Shown piece after piece: positions 58,051 to 64,000 of a stretch of DNA of 64,000 nucleotides. This stretch comes from Parcubacteria group bacterium (GTDB lineage Bacteria; Patescibacteriota; Minisyncoccia; Moranbacterales; UBA9337). The number at the start of each line of letters is the position of its first letter. Position 1 is the first letter of the stretch. The stretch covers positions 11,714 through 75,713 of the forward strand of contig JBAZSW010000001.1 in the NCBI GenBank assembly GCA_041662245.1, in the 5' to 3' direction. The position numbers and the translations under genes are program-made. Below the pieces are notes generated by a model. It saw nothing but the letters and a program-made list of their open reading frames with translations. It ran no database searches and was not told where the DNA came from.

Positions 58051-58755
58051 ATGGCTACTTATTCAGAAGAACAGATATATAAATTGATGGAAAGTCTGGA
58101 AGTGAAGAACGTAACATCTGATGAAGTTGAAAAGCTCATCCAACTTAATGATTATGTAGGATTATGCGGAGTTCTCAATGGCACGCATAAGATCGTGCCA
58201 GTTGATAATGCAATAGGACAGGAAAGTTTAAAAGTTTATCTCCGCGATCTGTTGTATCCGGATGAGACTATAGAGCTTGGACCAGATGATGGCACCCGAA
58301 TGCTGTTTGATGCTAAGGATTCGTTTGAGGCTGGCACAGAATTTGGATTTGTGAATTGGAAGAAGCATTCTGAAAAGTACAAGATTAGGGTTCGGGTTAC
58401 TGAAATATTTGAGGATGGCACGTTTCCCCAGATATTCGGTTCGTTGTTTCGCGCTTCTCCTGATGAGTTTAAAGGTTTTAGGGAGTTCGTCAAGGAGCAT
58501 CGTCAAGATTTGCGAAAATTCTGTGTAGGGCAAGGCCAAATCGAAGAGTTTGCGACAAGGTATCACGATAAACTCAGGAGAGATGACTGCGGCACATTTT
58601 TTCTACTTGAAAATGAAGATGAGGGCGAGTTTGTCGTTGTTGACTTACGCCTTCTTCCAAGTGCTATGCTTGGGGTGGACATGATTAGACTTGGCTTTTC
58701 TCGCGTTTGGAATGCCAGGTTTCTCCATCGTCTGGTGCTTCCACAAGTGGAATAA
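58051..58755 (+). CDS. Hypothetical protein in a GC-richer island.
   Basis: 234-aa ORF with a good SD (aaaaggagg). Visibly higher GC than the neighbours. Flanked by long non-coding stretches of about 300 and 530 bp. Confidence 0.5.
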   Translation: MATYSEEQIYKLMESLEVKNVTSDEVEKLIQLNDYVGLCGVLNGTHKIVPVDNAIGQESLKVYLRDLLYPDETIELGPDDGTRMLFDAKDSFEAGTEFGFVNWKKHSEKYKIRVRVTEIFEDGTFPQIFGSLFRASPDEFKGFREFVKEHRQDLRKFCVGQGQIEEFATRYHDKLRRDDCGTFFLLENEDEGEFVVVDLRLLPSAMLGVDMIRLGFSRVWNARFLHRLVLPQVE

Positions 58756-58774
58756 CCCAAAGATTTTGCGTTTT

Positions 58775-58819
58775 AATCCCTTTGATTCTTTATTATTTTG
58801 AATCAAGGGGATTTTTTTG
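58775..58819 (+). terminator. Intrinsic terminator: aatccctttgattc / gaatcaaggggatt 14-bp stem followed by a T7 run.
   Basis: Seen directly in the sequence. Confidence 0.65.
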
Positions 58820-58959
58820 TACAACAACACGATCTCGGAAAAACTAACACAGACGAGGCGATACTTCGTTTGTATATTATGTTACGCTAAGATAAAAACT
58901 CTTGACAAAAACTGATGATTTGCTACTTTAAACTACTAGTTTAGAATTGAAAAAAGCTT

Positions 58960-59095
58960 AAAAAATTCTATCTGTAGTTTGAAAATAGGTATCCTCCTTA
59001 ATTCCTATGAGTAAATAAAAAGTATCCGATTTCTATCTATTAGAAAGAGGATATGCTCTACAGATAGAGTTTCTTGGGCTTTTTTTAACACTACA
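58960..59095 (+). ncRNA. Candidate structured small RNA. The long-range inverted repeat ttctatctgtag ... ctacagataga encloses internal stems and ends in gggcttttttt.
   Basis: Inverted repeats and a U-tail in a 530-bp non-coding stretch. The sense strand is uncertain. Confidence 0.3.
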
Positions 59096-59284
59096 AATTA
59101 CAAATCTGGTACAAATATACGAATTGAGGAATTTAAGATTTTAGGAATTTGAGAAGCTAGGATCTGAAGATTGCTATGTTGTTTTAATGCTTTTATGTTT
59201 ATTTGTTTCAATGATTAGTGTTAACATCCATCATTTTATATGCTATTATATCAATAATAAAGCTAACTCTAATCTTAAAATAAT

Positions 59285-60343
59285 ATGCAAATAAAAAATC
59301 TCAATGTTTATTTTTTTATTTTGATTTTACTGGGTATCACAGGGATAACGTACTTTTTATTCCAACCATTTTTGTCTGCTATTATAATGGCAGCTGTGAT
59401 AGCTGTTACTTTTCATGCACCCTATCAATATTTGTTAAAGAAAATCAAACACCCCCATGTCAGCTCTCTGCTGACTTGTCTTTTGGTTTTATTTGTAATT
59501 GTTTTGCCAGTATTTTTGATAATGGGTCTTATGTCCAGCGAAATCAATGACGCTTATCAAAAAATAGTATCTGAGGATAATTTCTATCAAAATCATGTTG
59601 TCAACTATTTGGATGTTTTTAAAAATTCTAAATTTTCCAAGGCAATTAATTTAAATAATTTTTTTGATCAAAATCAAATAAATAAATCAGTAGAACAAAT
59701 CAGCAGTGGATTTCTATCTCTTCTTCAGACAGTCTATCAAAATGTGGTAGGGTTAGTTATCTGGATTTTTGTGATGTTTTTTACTTTGTATTATTTTTTG
59801 GTAGAAAACAAAACTATTATAAAAAAGATAATGTATCTCAGTCCTCTTAAAGACGAATATGAGGTGGCTTTAACGGATAATTTTTCTTCAATGGTGGCGG
59901 CAACCTTGAAAGGGACACTGGTCGTGGGAGTAGTTCAGGGTATTTTAGGGGGATTAATGTTTGCTGTTGCAGGTATTCCATCTTTTATAATTTGGGGAAT
60001 TGTTATGATACTTTTTTCTGTTATCCCTGCAGTCGGGTCAGGATTAATATGGGTACCAATGGGAATTATTATGTTATTTGGAGGGCATATTTGGCAAGGA
60101 ATTTTTATTTTTATATTTGGAAGTTTAGTTATTTCTACTATTGATAATATTTTAAGAACGAAATTGGTTGGTAGGGATACAGCTATCCACCCTCTCTTAG
60201 TTTTCTTTGCTACCTTAGGAGGCATTATGTCTTTTGGAATATTAGGTTTTATAATTGGTCCTGTAATTATGGCGCTTTTTCTGACTCTTTGGGATATTTA
60301 TGGAAAGGAATTCGGCGTCCAATTAAAGAAATATAATGCTTGA
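59285..60343 (+). CDS. AI-2E family transporter (second paralog).
   Basis: Polytopic, with the VIPAVGSGLIWVPMGIIMLFGG motif. Confidence 0.7.
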   Translation: MQIKNLNVYFFILILLGITGITYFLFQPFLSAIIMAAVIAVTFHAPYQYLLKKIKHPHVSSLLTCLLVLFVIVLPVFLIMGLMSSEINDAYQKIVSEDNFYQNHVVNYLDVFKNSKFSKAINLNNFFDQNQINKSVEQISSGFLSLLQTVYQNVVGLVIWIFVMFFTLYYFLVENKTIIKKIMYLSPLKDEYEVALTDNFSSMVAATLKGTLVVGVVQGILGGLMFAVAGIPSFIIWGIVMILFSVIPAVGSGLIWVPMGIIMLFGGHIWQGIFIFIFGSLVISTIDNILRTKLVGRDTAIHPLLVFFATLGGIMSFGILGFIIGPVIMALFLTLWDIYGKEFGVQLKKYNA

Positions 60344-61172
60344 GCTTTACCAAAATTTACCCGAAAAATTAAATCCGGTATTTTTTTCTGTGGGATCTTT
60401 TTCGATCTATTGGTATTCAATAATGTATTTAGTGGGTTTTGCGGTAGTTAGCGGGTTATTGTATTGGCGAGTTTATAAAAAAGAAACGAATATTATTTGG
60501 GATGATATTTTTGATTTATTGCTAAGCTCTTTTTTGGGAGCAATTATTGGAGGAAGGATTGGCTACGTTATCTTCTATAATTTTATATACTTTTTGACTA
60601 ATCCAATAGAAATAATATTCCCTTTTGCCGAAAATGGGCAGTTTACCGGAATTTATGGAATGAGTTATCATGGAGGAGTACTGGGATTTATTTTGGTAGC
60701 TTATTTCTTTTGCAAGAAGCGAAAAATAAATTTTTGGAAAATAACCGATTTTATTTTACCAGCTATACCTGCAGGATATTTTTTTGGACGAGTGGGCAAT
60801 TTTTTAAATGGAGAGTTATATGGGAGATCGACTACATATCCATGGGGGATGAATTTTGGCGATGGATTTTTGCGTCATCCTTCACAATTGTATGAAGCTT
60901 TTTTTGAGGGAATCTTTCTCTTTGTAATCTTGTGGCTACTACGAAATAAAATGGATAAAAAAAACGGAATGATTACAGGATTGTATGTTTTTGGTTATGG
61001 AACGATAAGATTTATTATTGAGTTTTTCCGCGAGCCGGATATTCAAGTTGGTTTATTTTTTAATCTTTTGACGATGGGACAAATGCTTTGTTTGATTATG
61101 ATAGGAGTGGGGATATATTTGGTAATTAAAAATTTAGATAATATAGGAATATGGAAAACAAGAAAAAATTAA
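60336..61172 (+). CDS. lgt: Prolipoprotein diacylglyceryl transferase.
   Basis: FSVGSFSIYWYSIMYLVGF, GGRIGYVIFYN and GRVGNFLNGELYGR are Lgt signatures. Confidence 0.85.
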   Translation: MLELYQNLPEKLNPVFFSVGSFSIYWYSIMYLVGFAVVSGLLYWRVYKKETNIIWDDIFDLLLSSFLGAIIGGRIGYVIFYNFIYFLTNPIEIIFPFAENGQFTGIYGMSYHGGVLGFILVAYFFCKKRKINFWKITDFILPAIPAGYFFGRVGNFLNGELYGRSTTYPWGMNFGDGFLRHPSQLYEAFFEGIFLFVILWLLRNKMDKKNGMITGLYVFGYGTIRFIIEFFREPDIQVGLFFNLLTMGQMLCLIMIGVGIYLVIKNLDNIGIWKTRKN

Positions 61173-62194
61173 TTATTGAATTAAACAAAAAACATTCAGA
61201 AATGTTTCAAGCTCAACGTTTGGAGCGAGAATTATATTTATCCAAGCATCCCACCAATGTAATGGTATTTAAATGTATGGATGGTCGGATTCATATGCCC
61301 ACAGTGACACGTACGCCGCTAGGAATTATGAAACCTTTTCGAAATATTGGAGGAAGATTTGATTTGGGCTGGCCACTTCTTAATGAATCATTTGATCAAA
61401 GTATTAAGAAAGCGGTAGCTAAAGGAAATCGTACGTTAGTATTGGTTACTTATCATTATTCACAAGGAGATGAGAATCGTGGTTGCGCGGGGTTTCATTA
61501 TAATTGCGAGGATTCAAAAAGATTTACTGAGAATTTTCGCAGGCAAATTTTGCGAACTTATGGAGAAAATAATGGAGTAGTTTTTCCTATATTGGTGGGA
61601 TTAGAAACTGACAAGGACGCCTTGATTTTTCATGGAGATAAAGGGAAGATATTAGATGTTTCTACCATTGCTGATGATTCAAAGAAAAATCTAGTTTCTT
61701 TGTTTCATAAAATTTATCCCTTGATGCCAGAAAGAATTTTGGAAGATTTAATTCCGCTTGTGGCGGGAAATATAAAGCGTATTGCAGAAACTAAAAGTAA
61801 AGGCAAACCACTGGATCAACTGGTGCATGGTGAATGGGTATTGGCAGTTGGCAAGGGTTTTGATTGGTTACATACTCCCAATATGGCTCTAATTGTGGGA
61901 CCCTATGATCCCAATATCGGAGAACCAATTAATACCGCCGCTGGAATAATCAAATCGAACCTAGAGGCTGCGGGAGCGCAACATCGGCATGGTTCCTCTG
62001 CAGGAATGGTGCTACTTTCATCAGCAGTTTATGCAGATCCAGCTGAAAAAACTAGAGCCAAAGAGAGGACTCTTTATATGAGCAGGCTATCGCGGGAAAT
62101 AATAGAGAAAAATTATCCAGAGATGCTTAATCAAATGCATTCTATGGCGGTAGTGCTTAATGCTTTTACAATGGAAATGGAGATTGTGGAGTAA
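61151..62194 (+). CDS. Hypothetical protein upstream of the NuoB-like gene.
   Basis: 347-aa ORF. It contains a CMDGRI (CxDxR) motif but no beta-carbonic-anhydrase HxxC. FHKIYPLMPERIL weakly recalls the NuoC HPxLRRIL motif. Unassigned. Confidence 0.4.
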   Translation: MENKKKLIIELNKKHSEMFQAQRLERELYLSKHPTNVMVFKCMDGRIHMPTVTRTPLGIMKPFRNIGGRFDLGWPLLNESFDQSIKKAVAKGNRTLVLVTYHYSQGDENRGCAGFHYNCEDSKRFTENFRRQILRTYGENNGVVFPILVGLETDKDALIFHGDKGKILDVSTIADDSKKNLVSLFHKIYPLMPERILEDLIPLVAGNIKRIAETKSKGKPLDQLVHGEWVLAVGKGFDWLHTPNMALIVGPYDPNIGEPINTAAGIIKSNLEAAGAQHRHGSSAGMVLLSSAVYADPAEKTRAKERTLYMSRLSREIIEKNYPEMLNQMHSMAVVLNAFTMEMEIVE

Positions 62195-62422
62195 TCTCAA
62201 ATAAATCTTGCTTGTAATTTTTTAAGTAGTTGATTGTCGGTTGCAAGTTATTGCTAACTGTCCGAATTTGACAGATATTTTTAGTAGGAGTAATATTATT
62301 TTTGTGAATGATGTATTTTTTAAATTACAAAAACTTTTAAATTTTTTCGGTTGAGTCCGTTTTTTTATTTTTTAAAATTTAATAAGAATCATTTCTCTTA
62401 TTGAAAGTTTATAAAAATTTGT

Positions 62423-62953
62423 ATGAAAATTTTTTCATTAATGAAGGTTTTGCTATGGCAAAAAAATGTTACCCAAAATAAAAATGATTTTTTTTACTTG
62501 GAAAAAGATGGAGATTTCGAGAAAATTGGGGCAGAGGTTCATGCTATCGTAAAAGAGCTTTATAAGGGACGATCCTTGAGAATCAGAGCAATTGATGCCG
62601 GATCAACTAATGCAGAAGAGATAGAACTAACTGCTTTGAGCAATGCCTATTATGATATTGATCGTTTCGGTTTAAGTTTTGTAGCGTCACCTCGACATGC
62701 CGATATGCTTTTTATAACAGGTCCTGTAACTAGAAATTTAGAGCAAGCACTTCGAACAACTTATGAAGCCACTCCGAAGCCTTGCATTGTTGTGGCTGTC
62801 GGAGACGGAGCTTGTACGGGAGGAATTTGGAAAGATTCTTATGCAATAGTAGGGGCAGTAGAAGATGTAATCCCTGTGCATATCCATATTCCTGGGGATC
62901 CACCAACTCCCGTTGAAATTTTAAAAGGAGTACTAAATGTTTTAAAAAATTAG
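62423..62953 (+). CDS. NuoB / hydrogenase-small-subunit-like protein with degenerate Fe-S ligands.
   Basis: Aligns to the NuoB core: YYDIDRFGLSFVASPRHADMLFITGPVTRNLEQALRTTYEATPKPCIVVAVGDGACTGGIW.DSYAIVGAVEDVIPVHIHIPGDPPTPVE. The CC pair is replaced (AGSTN) and PGCPP becomes PGDPP. Only the GAC cysteine is retained. Confidence 0.7.
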   Translation: MKIFSLMKVLLWQKNVTQNKNDFFYLEKDGDFEKIGAEVHAIVKELYKGRSLRIRAIDAGSTNAEEIELTALSNAYYDIDRFGLSFVASPRHADMLFITGPVTRNLEQALRTTYEATPKPCIVVAVGDGACTGGIWKDSYAIVGAVEDVIPVHIHIPGDPPTPVEILKGVLNVLKN

Positions 62954-63040
62954 AATTTACACGTTTAAATAATATTTTTTAGAAACTGGAAATATATAAA
63001 TTTAAGCAAGTAAATTGCAAAAATATAAAATAACGATTAT

Positions 63041-64000
63041 ATGTTAGAACAAATAATTACTTATAGTATTGGGATTTATTTTTTTAGTCTTTTTTTATCA
63101 GGACTGCTATCTTTTAGCGGCAAATCATTTAAATTGGCTACTTGGCTATTTGTTTTTTCAAACATTATTGGATTTTTTTCAGGGATAATCTATTTTTTAA
63201 ATTTTTTCCCTAAAAGAATTACCTTTCTTCATCTTGATTGGTTTTTAAATTTTGCTCCACAATTAAATTTGCTTTCTGCGATTTTTTTCATTTTATTAAG
63301 TATCGTTTCTGCTATAGTGGGTGTCTATAGTGTTAGGTACTTAGAATTATATAAAAAATCATATAACCCAAGAATAGTTCAATTTTTAATGTCCTTTTTT
63401 GTTTTGGGAATGCAGGGGGTTTTTATTTCCAATAATTCTTTTGCTTTTCTGTTTTTTTGGGAAGTAATGTCAATTGCTTCTTTCTTTTTAGTTTTATCAG
63501 ATAGAACTCAAGAATCTGTTCGAGCAGCTTTTATTTATTTTATAATGACACATTTGGGAGCATCCGCAATATTAGGAGGATTTTTGATTTTAGGAAATGG
63601 ATCTATTTTATTTGATTTAAATAATATCCAAAGTGCTTCATCAAATTTATCTTATGAAAAGATATGTTTAGTTTTTTTATTGTTTGCTTTCGGTTTTGGC
63701 TCAAAGGCAGGCTTGGTGCCTTTTCATGTTTGGCTTCCCGAAGCTCATCCTCAGGCTCCTAGTAATATTTCCGCTCTCATGAGTGGTTTAATGCTCAAGG
63801 TAGCTGTGTATGGATTTGTTTTTATTGTCATTGGACTGGCCAATATCCCTAGTTGGTTGGGATTAGTTATCGTTTTCTTAGGATTGCTTTCTTCTATGAC
63901 AGGAGTGCTGTATGCCACTATGGAAAGAGATATCAAGAGAGCTTTTGCTTATAGCAGTATCGAAAATATGGGAATTGTTTTTACTATGTTAGGATTGGCT
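63041..64000 (+). CDS. Complex I NuoL/M/N / Mrp MnhA / HyfB-type antiporter-like membrane subunit. 3'-truncated by the window edge; absent from the ORF track.
   Basis: Translated by hand: MLEQIITYS...GLVPFHVWLPEAHPQAPSNISALMSGLMLKVAVYGF... The PFHxWLPxAxxxP..xSAL motif is typical of the family. No stop codon before the window end. Confidence 0.7.
   Translation, partial: MLEQIITYSIGIYFFSLFLSGLLSFSGKSFKLATWLFVFSNIIGFFSGIIYFLNFFPKRITFLHLDWFLNFAPQLNLLSAIFFILLSIVSAIVGVYSVRYLELYKKSYNPRIVQFLMSFFVLGMQGVFISNNSFAFLFFWEVMSIASFFLVLSDRTQESVRAAFIYFIMTHLGASAILGGFLILGNGSILFDLNNIQSASSNLSYEKICLVFLLFAFGFGSKAGLVPFHVWLPEAHPQAPSNISALMSGLMLKVAVYGFVFIVIGLANIPSWLGLVIVFLGLLSSMTGVLYATMERDIKRAFAYSSIENMGIVFTMLGLA

Noticed and set aside
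61151-62194. Beta-carbonic anhydrase call for the 347-aa ORF, based on a CxDxR motif.
   Set aside because: The second zinc-ligand motif (HxxC) is absent and the overall length and pattern do not fit. Left as hypothetical.

Overview
This is an AT-rich (roughly 30-35% GC by eye), gene-dense bacterial window with short housekeeping proteins and many small hypothetical membrane or secreted proteins. That combination suggests a reduced-genome monoderm-like lineage, possibly CPR/Patescibacteria, but that is inference only.

Recognisable core genes are gyrB, uvrB, uvrA and a short uvrC all within about 35 kb, murE-like, rsmA (ksgA), rsmI, lgt, htpX, lemA, speH-type AdoMet decarboxylase, FKBP PPIase, ybaB, an ABC-F ATPase, M16 peptidase, GDPD, two AI-2E transporters, an RND pump with periplasmic adaptor and MarR regulator, and a TrmH-family methyltransferase. 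There are three tRNAs: Gly-UCC and Glu-UUC on the minus strand and Ala-GGC on the plus strand.

Stand-out regions:
- A 5'-truncated locus (1-7471) resembling Firmicutes WxL/Csc cell-surface complex loci. It holds one giant surface protein carrying a 999-bp 100%-identical tandem duplication and a C-terminal WxL-like domain, two tandem small WxL-like paralogs, and a DUF916-like membrane protein fused to LysM and LytR_C domains.
- A standalone protein combining a transposase-like HTH, a sigma-70 region-4-like HTH and an unmistakable RNA polymerase alpha-subunit C-terminal domain, sitting between two tRNA genes. Inverted and direct fragments of the tRNA-Gly 3' end lie just downstream of the tRNA-Gly gene.
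- A pair of roughly 350-bp inverted composite repeats flanking a 2.4-kb partly GC-richer cargo (HAD hydrolase, NADAR, small Cys proteins, a 36-bp perfect palindrome), with a remnant duplicate of the uvrB 3' end next to one arm.
- Two tandem modules of conserved structured leader (antiterminator/terminator) plus small paralogous ORF, consistent with an unrecognised riboswitch or attenuator.
- At the 3' edge, a complex-I/group-4-hydrogenase-related (Ehr-like) module: a NuoB-like subunit retaining only 1 of 4 Fe-S cysteines next to a NuoL/Mrp antiporter-like subunit that runs off the window.

Several interspersed repeat families (MITE-like) were also seen. No CRISPR array, transposase or integrase was found.
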